Positions 12,269-21,649 of a stretch of DNA of 30,132 nt are shown piece after piece. Source of the stretch: Catajapyx aquilonaris (lineage: Eukaryota); NCBI GenBank assembly GCA_000934665.2, contig JYFJ02001084.1, positions 62,001-92,132 of the forward strand. Direction: 5' to 3'. Under the pieces are notes generated by a model that saw nothing but the letters and a program-made list of their open reading frames with translations, did no database searches and was not told where the DNA came from. Each line of letters opens with the position of its first letter. The stretch's first letter is position 1. A program made the translations under genes and the position numbers.

Positions 12269-15200
12269 CACAATAATGCATCGAGTACAAATACAATTGA
12301 AGGCCCGTAATTGCTGGATAAGATCACGGTTAGAACATTATCATTGAATATCAGTGGCAACGACCGCATTTAGTATTTCGCCTCCTGCGGCCAAGGATGA
12401 CCTCGGAGGTCAATGTGCTAAAAACCTTCCCCATTAAAAACTACCCCTAATGGATGTCCCTGGAGCATACGTCGAGGCCTCCGTATTGATTTGCATCGGG
12501 AACATACGTTGTGAAATATGATGGCAAATATTCCTATCCTTTTGTTTAACAGTAATTATTTGATGTTATTCTTGCAGGAGAAGAACGGCTATTCGGGCAA
12601 CCTGACATCCCCATTTTCCCTGAAAGCGCAGCTTCTACCGGACAACCAGACCAAGTGCTCCATTTTACTCAACGGGACGATCGACTTTGAGAGGCAGACT
12701 GTCTACCTGCTCAAGCTATTGGCGCTGGTAAGTTAGGCTCGGGCCATCCCTATAGCAAAGACCTAATGTGTCGTTCGGTTGTACAGAACTCGAGGTCCAT
12801 TCCGGACGAGGACACTAGGAACATTGCGGTGATCGACATGTCAGTGGTGGTCACCGATGTGCAGGACACGCCGCCCATATTCACCAAAGCTTCTCCAGTC
12901 ACCCAGCTGCCTTCCACGCTCAAGCCGGTAACATATTCACTTTTTAATAGTCCGCATCATTCTTTTTCTTTGGGTTATTTTCTTCCTTTAGGGCGACTTC
13001 ATAACCCAGCTGACGGCGGTGGACGGGGACAGGGGCGAGCCCCGGGGCATACGGTACGGGCTCCTGTCAGATCGCAACCCGTTCGTGGGCTTCTTCGACG
13101 TGGACAGGCACAGCGGGAAGCTGAGTCTTCGCAAGCCTCTGAAGGAACTGGCGGCCATCACCAGGGCGAACCAGCCGATCATCCTGACCGTGGTGGCAGA
13201 GGAGGTCGTGACCTCGCACGAGTCACCAGGGATGGCATCGTCCACAGTCGACATTGCCTTGCTGGTCGACGACATTGGAAACGAGCCGCCGCACTTTGCC
13301 AACACGGAGTATGTCGCCAGGGTTGACGAAGGAAGCCCAGTCGGAACCCCGCTCGTCTTCCAGGATCCATACGACCCCAGGGTCAAGGACGACGACAGGG
13401 TCAGTATTTCCGCACAATGTACTGTCAGGGAGCATATACTATACATAAGAGGCGCAAACTTCGGTCAGCGCCATTGATTTCCGCGTCTCTCTGTTTGGAG
13501 CCGTTGCCGGGGGCAACGCCAAAGAGGTAGTACAGGCAAAAATAGGGTCCGCCATCTTTGATGCTTTTGGCGGCCATGGCAACTGCACGGCACGAACACG
13601 CGCGAATCAAAGATGACGGACCCTATTTTTGCCTGTACCCTATTTATACCTCGTTGGCGTTGCCCACACTTCAAAATGGCCGCCAGCCTTGGCAACACCC
13701 CCAAACAGAGAGACGCGGAAATCGAATGTTTGCGCCTCTTATGTAGTACATGCTCCCTGGATACTGTGGTGTGCATACTCATACTTTTCCTTGACTTCAG
13801 GGCCAGAAAGCCGTGTTTTCCCTGGAGCTCGACGCAGACGGAGATGCGTTTGAGGTGTCTCCGTCGGTGGTTGACGGCAGCTCGTTGTTCGAACTGAGGG
13901 TCAAACGCAGCGAGGTCATTGACTATGAGAAGATCCAGCAGCTGAGGTTCAGAGTGGTGGCCAGGGAGGTGCTTCAGGACAGCATCCTGTCGTCCTCCAC
14001 CAACGTCACTGTGTACATCAACGATGTCAACGACAACGTCCCGACCTTCACTTTGGACACGTACACCTGCCAGCTGCTGGAGAACGCCACAGCGGGTCAA
14101 ACGGTCACGCAGGTCGAGGCCAACGACCTGGACACTGGTCCATTCGGAGAGATCAGATACTCCATGGTGCACGGACCCAACTCGGACGCTCTCATGGTCG
14201 ACCCTTTGACCGGGGTCATGTCTGTGCTCACCAGTAGCCATGGGTTCGACCGGGAGGTACAACCAGGTAAGTCTGTAGGTACACATTCACACAGCAGAGA
14301 TGTAATCGTACTCATTGCAGAGCACCGTTTCTACGTGGAGGCTCGAGACGGAGGAGGAAAGGGCGTCAACTCTGCGACGGCGACGGTGGTAGTGCAGCTG
14401 ATTGACGTCAACGACAATGCACCCACGTTCAGGAGGTCGCTGTACGAAGGAATAATGGCCCCTGACCTCACCCATCTTAGGTCAAAGCTATTCGTGGAGG
14501 TAAGGTAGTGTGTACATTGCTTGTGGGAAAACAACCCTATAATTGATACGTTTGGTTCAGGCGTACGACGAAGACGCGGATGGTCCGAACAGCCAGGTCA
14601 GGTACGAAATCATCAGCGGAAACTACGAAGGGAAGTTCCAGATTGACCCCATCACCGGTACGTTTAATGTCCACTAATGATGTAATAAGCACTGTAATCT
14701 GAATGACTCGCAGGTGAGATATCACTTCGGCCAACGACCAACACAAAGACGCTTTCCAAAGGCACGGTGAGACGGCGACGTCAGGTGGCGACGTACGACA
14801 CTCAGGCGGACATCATCACGCTTAACGTTAGAGCATACGACCTCGGTGAGTTAATGAGACACAACTGTTAGGTGTCCACTACAGAACAGAGGGAAAATAA
14901 TGTGTCATCACCACAGGCATACCCCACCAGTCGTCCGAGGTTCCGGTCCAGATCTACACGAACGAGGTGACCTCACGAACCATGAGGTTCATCGTCCCGT
15001 ACAACCGCGACTGGGTGGAGAAGCACAAGCACAGGCTGGAAGAGACGTTGTCGACGCTCGCAGGTGGTACAGCTCGTGTCATTTCCGTGGCTCCGTACAC
15101 CGGAAACGAGGTCGGTCGTGACATCAGCGGAGGAGGGAAGCACAACAATGAACAAAAGTGAGCACGTCTCACAAATGTATAAAATCGGACCCTTGCTGAA

Positions 15201-18200
15201 ACAATTTTGTGGTTTTCCAGAAGCGTTGTGACAGCGACGGTGAGCTACCCGGTCAACTCTGTGGTGGATGTCGGGAGGGTAAGGGAAAGACTGGAGGGCA
15301 ACAGCTCAGCGGAGATCAACAAGGAGACTGTGGTCAGTGTACACATTGTTGCTGCAGAGAGTGGTCGGGTTCATCTCCGACACTTTCCCTATATAATTTC
15401 AGGAGGTGTACAGAGGAGAGAACCGTGTCCTCCTGTGGATCCTGATCGTTCTAGCCATCCTCTTCATACTTCTAATCATCTTCTTCCTTCTTTGCTGCTT
15501 GTGTCCATGGGGGTACTGCTACCACGAGAGGTCAGTCCACATTCATAAATGAGGAGGTGTATGTGGTGAAAAAAGGTGGTGATAACCCTACTCATTTTTG
15601 GCATTTTTGACCTAAACACCTAGCAACTATGTAAATGAAATGACAAACAGTTAGGTGTACTCCAAGTTCACGTATCATTATGGTGTGGGTACTGCACAGG
15701 TACTGTAGATCCAGACTTACGTAGCCTCGACTTACGTGGATCCGGACACACGTAGCCTCGACTTTATACGTGGATTCGGACTTACGTAGCCTCGACTTTA
15801 TACGTGGATCCGGACATACGTAGCCTCGACTTTATACGTGGATTCGGACTTACGTAGCTTCGACTTTATTCGCTGATCCGGACATACGTATAGCCTCGAC
15901 TTACGTGGATCCGGACACACGTAGCCTCGACTTTATACGTGGATTCGGACTTACGTAGCCTCGACTTTATACGTGGATCCGGACATACGTATATAGCCTC
16001 GACTTACGTGGATCCGGACATACGTAGCCTCGACTTTATACGTGGATTCGGACTTACGTAGCCTCGACTTTATACGTGGATCCGGACATACGTGTAGCCT
16101 CGACTTTATACGCTGATTCGGACTTACGTAGCCTCGACTTACGTGGATTCTGATTTGCGTAGCCTCGAATTACGTGGATCTGGATTTACGTAGCCTCGAC
16201 TTACGTGGATTCGGACTTACGTAGCCTGGACTTACGTGGATCAGGGCATATGTAGCCTCAACTTACTGGCACATTATTTTGCACAAAATGCAATTTGACT
16301 CTTTGTTGGCAGGAAATCGTCCCGCGTGTACTCTGCGGATGCGATGCGTCCCATCAAAGTGAAGCTTCTGTCCGACGCCGAGGCTGGAGAGGTGAAGAGC
16401 AGGAGAGGTGGCGGCGGGGAGAGGCTCATCGAGGTCATTCGTGAGGACAGGAGCAGGTCACCTCCGCCTCTGTCAACCAGCAGGAAGGAAGCCTGGAGCG
16501 CGGACACCAGGCGACGGTACTGGCGCTTCCCTTCGGCGTCGAGGCAGCAGACGAGACACTCTTCGGCGGACCTGAGGGAGGTCAGGAGCGTGGGTCGGAC
16601 AGAGGCCACGACCACCGGTGGTCCAAACGTGGTGTACTCCAGGAGGCTGCAGAACCAGGCTGACGAGAGTGTGTCGCTACGAGAAGGGCTTGTGTACGTC
16701 GAGGACTACGACGGGACGTACATTCCTGGTCGAATCGTCGATCCTAGAGAGAGGAGCTCGTAAGTGTCGATGAGCCTACACGTCTGGAGCGCGTCTAATT
16801 CATTTCTTTCAACAGGGAACGTGAGGTGATTGTGGTTCGACATGAGCGTGGTGACCACGACCGGGAGAGGTCAATAATCAGGGAACGGGACTCCAGCCTG
16901 GGTCGACGTGACGGTCGTCGTGTGGTTATCATCCGGGATAGGGATGACGGCGAGGTTGATGTCGAGACCGATTCGCTTCGACGCCATGAGGTCGACCGAG
17001 GATCCGATCCTGGGTTCCAGAGACGAGAGGTTCGCTACATGGACGGCGATGACGCCCGGACGGTGCCAAGGTACCAGACGAGGTCGACGAGACGGCAGCC
17101 GCAGCAGAGGAACGACGTGGAGGTGGTCACCCTGGATGAGGAGAGCGGCCGAACGCAGCGGTTTATACGCGAGGGCAACGCGGAAATTCTGCGGCTTGAA
17201 ACGCGCGGGAACGTCAGCGTGTCGCCACCCAGACGCAGCGACGGTGACGATTCATACCGGCCGTCGGGCGACGAAGGCAAGGAGCTGATAATGCGACGGT
17301 TCATGGAGGACCAGGACAGACGCAACTCGTCTCGACGCGATCCGCAAGTTGTGACGTACCTCGCTGCCAATTCGCCTGTGCGTCAACCGCCTGTTGACAT
17401 CCGGATAATCCAAGCGACGCCCCAGCACTCGCAGCTAAGCCAGCAGCAAATGGCAGCAGAATCAAACTGGCAACGTCAACCGCAACCAGAAGTTAGGCAG
17501 CAACGACAAGCGACCGATGCGGGACAACAGCAGCGACAGGAGACGCTGTCCGAGGGTGGCAGCAGCATCAGGAAGCAAAGGCGGAAAAAACGCAAGCAAG
17601 TCAGACGACCGTCGGAGGAGCCTCAGAGTAGCCCTGAAGGCGACTCGGAGGAGGATCGTCGCACGTCGCCGTCTCGGGTTGTGGTCGTTGAAGCGCCGCC
17701 GGTGCAGCAGCATCAGCAGCAACAGGAGGTGACGCCGACTAGACGGTGGCCTATCCAGACGCCGATACTGGAGGAGACTGAAAGCGCGTTGGAGTCGGAC
17801 AAGGAGATGCAGCCGGTACGCCCGTACGAGGGTGCCCGAAAACGACGGACCAGAAGCGACGGTGACGATCAGTCGAGAGGGAGCAGCAGAGGTCGCAAGC
17901 CCGACAATCCGAGAGTCGCAGCATTGCGACAGGAGAGCATGTCGGCAGCGGCGGCGGCGATGGAACGGTACATGGGACCAGACGACGAAGACGTCGAGGA
18001 GGAAGAAACAGAGCGGGAAGACAGAGTCGAAGGGAATCAGAACTACCTAGCGACTGAGCATGCGTCGGAGCGACGTAGGCGACGGAGACGACGCAGCTTT
18101 GACGCATCGTTGCTGCGACACGAGGATGACGACGAAGAGGTGGTGCCAGACCGCAGCCGGGGTACCAGCGAGGACCGGGGACGACGGAGAGTTCGGACCG

Positions 18201-19882
18201 AGTCGAAGGACAGGGTGCATCGAGACAGACGAAGAACCTCGGTACATCCCAGCAGGGAGAGGACGCACGCGAGCAGCAGCAGCAGTCGGGACAGACGGAG
18301 CCGGGACAGGCGCGGGTCCGTCGGCAGTGAACGTGGACGTCACCGACATCGTCACCAGTACTCGGACAGACGACACAGAAAGACGTCAGAAGGCAGCTCC
18401 AGGTCAAGGGACAAGTCAACCGAGGTGTCCAACGAGGACAAGCATCGCAGGCGAAGTCGGACATTGTCTGGAGACAGGTCCAGCGAACTCTCAAGAGACG
18501 AAGACGACGTCCAAGGAGATACCGATCGACGTAGGTCCAGAGAAGCGGATGATGGGCATGGAGACAAGAAGGAACGACGCACAAGGGATGACAATGCGGA
18601 TGACAGACGCAGACATCGTCCCAGGACTAGGGATGAAGATGTACAGGGTGAAGAGCGACGTAAACATCGGTCCAGAGATGGTGATGTACAGGGTGAAGAG
18701 AGCCGGAAACATCGGTCCAGAGATGGTGACGTACAGGGCGAAGAGCGTAGATACCGCTCCAGAGGTGGTGACCAGGATGATGACCGACGCCGATACAGGT
18801 CCAAAGACGATGTTACTCAGGATGATGAACGTCGAGACAGCCTGAGGTCAAAGGGCAGTGGCGTTGACGATGATGGCCGACACTATTCGAGAAAAGACCA
18901 GGATTCTGACCGACATGGACGACAGCGATCTAGATCTAAAGATGATGATGCAGTGCAGAGATCTGAGAACCGCCGAAGACATCGCACCAGCTCAGAACGA
19001 CGTGACAGTAGCTCCAGAAAGGACAAGAGACCTTCCAGCTCCGAGGGTCGTGGACGGTCCAGGGTTCGTGACCTACAAAGTGGCAAAGACCGTGCGTCGA
19101 GTGAGCCCAAGTACCCGTTCGGTCGACACACGGAACAACGAGCAAGCCGGAGAGGCTCGTGTAGCTCACCACACCCGTCGCAGAACAGCAGGGAGAGCTC
19201 GAGACAAAGCTCCAGACGCACATCTGAGGAACTGGCAGCAAGGCGATCCAGCTCCAGGGATCTGGAGGACTCGGAGGAGTTCAAGTACAAACCGCCGAAG
19301 GAGGGGCCCAGGTACATGAACTGGTACAATGACAAGAAAGGCAAGCCTGCCAAGAAAGGTCAGTCCAGTGAGTCCTCACTGGACAGGTCAAAAGCACGGA
19401 GGTCAACAGAGTCATCACTGGAGAGGCCGGCAAAGGTGGAGTCGACAAAGACTGCACAGGTCAGGTCCACGCAGCCTGTAAAGCAAGTGGCAGAGTCATC
19501 AAAACCTGCAAAGCAAGTGGCGGAGTCACCAAAGCCTGCAAAGAAAGGGTCGGAGTCACCAAAGACGGAAGGGTCAGCAGGGTCATCATCACAGGAGCGG
19601 CCACCAAGAGGTAAGAAGAAGTCACCTCCAAAGGCAGCAGGTGCTGAACAGCCAGCGGCACCCACAGAACCAAAGCAGGAGGCAGCTCCTCAACAGCAGG
19701 TGCAGCAACGTCGTACGGTGTTTGACGATGACTTGGACTCTGGTATTGCATTGTCGCAGCAGAGCACGTTGGGACGCAGGAAGCGCAATCAGCTGATGGA
19801 GAAGAAGAGCATCTTCACAATTGCGTACGACGACATGCAGACCAAGCAGCTACGGGCCGACACACACACTCCGCCTTACTGA
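7309..19882 (+). CDS. Cad86C: Cadherin-86C-like non-classical cadherin, spliced CDS join(7309..7504,7566..7822,8998..9081,12578..12727,12787..12927,12992..13399,13801..14266,14321..14499,14561..14657,14714..14845,14917..15157,15221..15332,15403..15530,16313..16759,16816..19882), ~2034 aa
   Basis: Manual splicing gives GT-AG junctions with matching phases; total 6105 nt, divisible by 3. An in-frame TGA (7279-7281) lies upstream of the ATG. Signal peptide MKAGVTWVVLVLVLVANVGA; cadherin motifs IDFE, DVQDTPPIF, AVDGD, IDYE, DVNDNVPTF, DRE, DVNDNAPTF, AYDED; TM followed by CCLCPW. The N-terminal MRIVLVP..VGTIIYRLRGSD..DYPLTF and C-terminal LMEKKSIFTIAYDDMQT match my recollection of arthropod Cad86C (recognition, no database search). 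Confidence 0.9.
7566..7822 (+). CDS. Cad86C: Cad86C coding exon 2 (EC1 to start of EC2)
   Basis: caag|GC; GEVGVMLVRVETLPCN...YNFQVRVRD...LLMVSE; GAG|gtcagt. Confidence 0.85.
8133..8425. repeat. Compound repeat: three 35-bp direct repeats separated by (GGTTGCC)n 7-mer arrays
   Basis: TAAAGCAACTTGCGATCGGATTGTTCACT(C/T)TAGAA at 8133, 8300 and 8391; GGTTGCC/GGTTTCT heptamers between them. Confidence 0.9.
8441..8728. mobile_element. 288-bp foldback/MITE in Cad86C intron 2 with internal heptamer arrays
   Basis: Termini CCTACGTGTTTACTGCTC / GAGCAGTAAACACGTAGG; inner GTCCAATACAAAAAGTTCGGGAT / ATCCCGAACTTTTTGTATTGGAC; symmetry centre near 8597. Confidence 0.8.
8998..9081 (+). CDS. Cad86C: Cad86C coding exon 3
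   Basis: tttacag|DAKSGTAIDHVVARNNPNSAVQVTFELR|gtgagt; 84 nt, phase 0/0. Confidence 0.85.
10377..10608. mobile_element. 232-bp MITE (CAGGGTG-type ends, Tc1/mariner-like) in intron 3
   Basis: TIR CAGGGTGACTCTA / TAGAGTCACCCTG followed by TA; internal 72-bp arms 10427-10498 and 10511-10582 with one mismatch. Confidence 0.82.
12214..12266. repeat. (GA)26 microsatellite in intron 3
   Basis: Perfect GA dinucleotide run of 53 nt. Confidence 0.98.
12578..12727 (+). CDS. Cad86C: Cad86C coding exon 4
   Basis: cttgcag|EKNG...GTIDFERQTVYLLKLLAL|gtaagt; 150 nt. Confidence 0.9.
12787..12927 (+). CDS. Cad86C: Cad86C coding exon 5
   Basis: gtacag|NSRSIPDEDTRN...DVQDTPPIF...TLKP|gtaaca. Confidence 0.9.
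12992..13399 (+). CDS. Cad86C: Cad86C coding exon 6
   Basis: tttag|GDFITQLTAVDGDRG...DIGNEPPHF...VKDDDR|gtcagt. Confidence 0.92.
13444..13743. mobile_element. 300-bp MITE with TA target-site duplication in intron 6
   Basis: TA|CATAAGAGGCGCAAAC ... GTTTGCGCCTCTTATG|TA; further inverted blocks GATTTCCGCGTCTCTCTGTTTGG and GTACAGGCAAAAATAGGGTCCG. Confidence 0.85.
13801..14266 (+). CDS. Cad86C: Cad86C coding exon 7
   Basis: cttcag|GQKAVFSLEL...IDYE...DVNDNVPTF...FDREVQP G|gtaagt. Confidence 0.92.
14321..14499 (+). CDS. Cad86C: Cad86C coding exon 8
   Basis: ttgcag|EHRFYVEARDGGG...DVNDNAPTF...LFVE|gtaagg. Confidence 0.9.
14561..14657 (+). CDS. Cad86C: Cad86C coding exon 9
   Basis: ttcag|AYDEDADGPNSQVRYEIISGNYEGKFQIDPIT G|gtacgt. 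Confidence 0.92.
14714..14845 (+). CDS. Cad86C: Cad86C coding exon 10
   Basis: cgcag|GEISL...VRRRRQ...ITLNVRAYDL G|gtgagt. Confidence 0.9.
14917..15157 (+). CDS. Cad86C: Cad86C coding exon 11 (end of last EC, membrane-adjacent domain)
   Basis: cacag|GIPHQSSEVPVQIY...RTMRFIVP...NEQ AA|gtgagc. Confidence 0.88.
15221..15332 (+). CDS. Cad86C: Cad86C coding exon 12
   Basis: ttccag|A SVVTATVSYPVNSVVDV...KETV|gtcagt. Confidence 0.85.
15403..15530 (+). CDS. Cad86C: Cad86C coding exon 13 (transmembrane helix + Cys cluster)
   Basis: tttcag|EVYRGENRVLLWILIVLAILFILLIIFFLLCCLCPWGYCYHE AG|gtcagt. Confidence 0.92.
15708..16266. repeat. Minisatellite, ~17 units of 31-36 bp, in intron 13
   Basis: Consensus GAT(C/T)CGGAC(T/A)TACGTAGCCTCGACTT(TAT)ACGTG repeated head to tail. 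Confidence 0.95.
16313..16759 (+). CDS. Cad86C: Cad86C coding exon 14 (cytoplasmic)
   Basis: ggcag|G KSSRVYSAD...KEAWSAD.RRRYWRF...RERS TC|gtaagt; phase 2/2 fits both neighbours. Confidence 0.85.
16816..19882 (+). CDS. Cad86C: Cad86C terminal coding exon 15 (3067 nt, low-complexity cytoplasmic tail)
   Basis: aacag|G in frame with the 1018-aa ORF; ends DDLDSGIA...LMEKKSIFTIAYDDMQTKQLRADTHTPPY*. Confidence 0.9.
18638..18811 (+). repeat. Coding tandem repeat, 45/42-nt units (DVQGEERRKHRSRDG-like, x4)
   Basis: GATGTACAGGGTGAAGAG...AAACATCGGTCCAGAGATGGT twice near-identical, then two degenerate 14-aa units. Confidence 0.9.
19475..19564 (+). repeat. Coding tandem repeat, 30-nt unit x3 (PAKQVAESPK-like)
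   Basis: CCTG(T/C)AAAG...GAGTCA(T/C)CAAA(A/G) three times. Confidence 0.9.
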
Positions 19883-19893
19883 AATGGTAGACA

Positions 19894-19953
19894 TACTACG
19901 CGACGAAGTGGCCGAAGAACGTTATTGTGGCTTTGCCACTTCGTCGCGTAGTA
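19894..19953. other. 60-nt hairpin (perfect 19-bp inverted repeat) at the start of the Cad86C 3'UTR
   Basis: TACTACGCGACGAAGTGGC (19894-19912) / GCCACTTCGTCGCGTAGTA (19935-19953), 22-nt loop. Confidence 0.9.
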
Positions 19954-20743
19954 AAGATCAGCCGTACATCACTTCATGAGATAAATCATATTGATCTGGC
20001 AACCACCAGACACTACAATCTTCCAGCCTGAAACACTTGTTGCCTTTCCTTGAAGTCACTTCTCGTCCTTTTGTACATTTCTCATTGCTTATAATATATT
20101 TCAACATGTTATACTGTGAGCAAGTCCATCCATATACCCGTCATGATCTCGTTATCATTATGGGGCTTGTCTGTGATTGAAAAAAAAGCATGTGCGGCCA
20201 GCATAGTCATTCCGACATGAATTAATTATCCAACTTATCTGGTCTTGACATAATGTCGCCATTGTTGTGCATGCGAAATGTGATTCCCTTTCATGTAATG
20301 GCCTGATTGGCGGTTCATGTCTTTTAGAAGTGGAGCAGTAGGCTTCAATGTACGGTGCTGTTGTTTGTATTTGTTGTTGAATCAAAAAAAGTAGCGATTG
20401 CATCTACGGTGAAGTATAGTACATACGTTGTTTATGTAGAAATTTTCAGCAAAAAAAATGTTCCTGGAACCAGTCGAAAAAATATGACTGCCACTGGAAT
20501 ATGGAAGCAGCACACAACGTTACTGTTGTAAAGTAACAAATTTTTAAGAAAATGACATCTTATTTCGACGCAAATGGAAAAAAAGGCTACAAGTGACCTA
20601 TATAATGTTTGTATTGCCTATTGACGCCTGAAAATACATATCGTTTTGTACTAAATGACTTGAAGTTCATTTCCGCAACAAATGGGACGGAAACATGCTT
20701 GGAAACATGACTGAATTAATCACAACCTTTGCCCCGTTTCATC

Positions 20744-20749
20744 AATAAA
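20744..20749 (+). terminator. Candidate polyadenylation signal AATAAA (alternative at 21048-21053)
   Basis: First AATAAA I found downstream of the stop; followed by a GT/T-rich tract (cgttcgcgtttttggg). Confidence 0.45.
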
Positions 20750-20872
20750 GAATATCCTCTCGTTCGCGTTTTTGGGTAAACGGGAAAAACTCTGATGCAT
20801 ATATGTTTTTCCATGCAGGTACACCTGATGGGCTCAAAGAATTATTGTGGAACATGATTTACCTGTAACAAC

Positions 20873-21023
20873 ATCGGGCCGTATTCAGAGTCGTTCGCTA
20901 ATGCAGCGCAAAAGTGCACACTAACTAGTGCGACGCTAGCATGCGACTTTTCTTAGTGAACTGGGTCACGTGGTTTAAAGCACTGCACTAACTTCTTGTT
21001 GTTGACTCTGAATACGGCCCGAT
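20873..21023. mobile_element. 151-bp MITE-like element with GGGCC-type ends (possibly PIF/Harbinger)
   Basis: ATCGGGCCGTATTCAGAGTC / GACTCTGAATACGGCCCGAT, perfect 20-bp terminal inverted repeat; no clear TSD. Confidence 0.65.
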
Positions 21024-21391
21024 CTTACTGCACAATTTCTACTGACAAATAAACTGCCTCCGTTGCAGTGACATGATGTAATGTAGTAGTTTCTAGTTTG
21101 ATATCGCTTCTATATAGTTACAGTGTTGTTACTTGAGGACAGGATGTGTTACACATTCATTCATTCATTACATAATAATCCCAGAACTGGGATAGCCAGC
21201 GACAACTAGTTTGTGCCTAAGCCCGCGTCTCGTATGACCATTACTATGGATCTTCTGGTGACTGGTCAGGCCATGCCGAAGATAAAATGAATTTGGTGAT
21301 GATGAAATCGATGATCTGGACACGTACATACAAATACATAAACATACAATGTAAAAATGTTAAAAACAGTTTCAGGGAGCATATAGGGTAA

Positions 21392-21427
21392 ACCATACAG
21401 TTACGGGCCACCATACAGTAATGGGCC
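21392..21427. repeat. 18-bp tandem duplication, possibly a solo DNA-transposon end
   Basis: ACCATACAGTTACGGGCC ACCATACAGTAATGGGCC preceded by TATAGGGTA. Confidence 0.6.
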
Positions 21428-21649
21428 ACATACATTAATCTTATTTATATTAAGGCGTGTAGTGTAAGTAGTGATCATTTTCGCCCATGGGTGGCTGCAC
21501 TGCATTGTTGGACGAACGTTGGTTATATTTTTTCCCCTGTCGGACCGCCATCAAGGTCGCCAGAGCCTCACATCCCTGAGTCACTTCCAATATGGCCGCT
21601 TCCTTAAGTAGTTGGTAAGGAGCAGCACTGCAGCTAGTGACAAGTTACA

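Noticed and set aside
13465..14286. 273-aa minus-strand ORF
   Set aside because: Antisense to exon 7 and running into the MITE palindrome; a codon-bias shadow
15708..16266. CRISPR-like look of 31-36-bp repeats
   Set aside because: Head-to-tail tandem units with no unique spacers
17751..18845. Long overlapping ORFs (277 aa minus strand, 261 aa plus alternative frame)
   Set aside because: Shadows of the GC-rich, repetitive terminal exon; no recognisable domain
21154..21350. (CATT)n and (CATA)n-like tracts as LINE/SINE tails
   Set aside because: No recognisable body, pol III boxes or TSD
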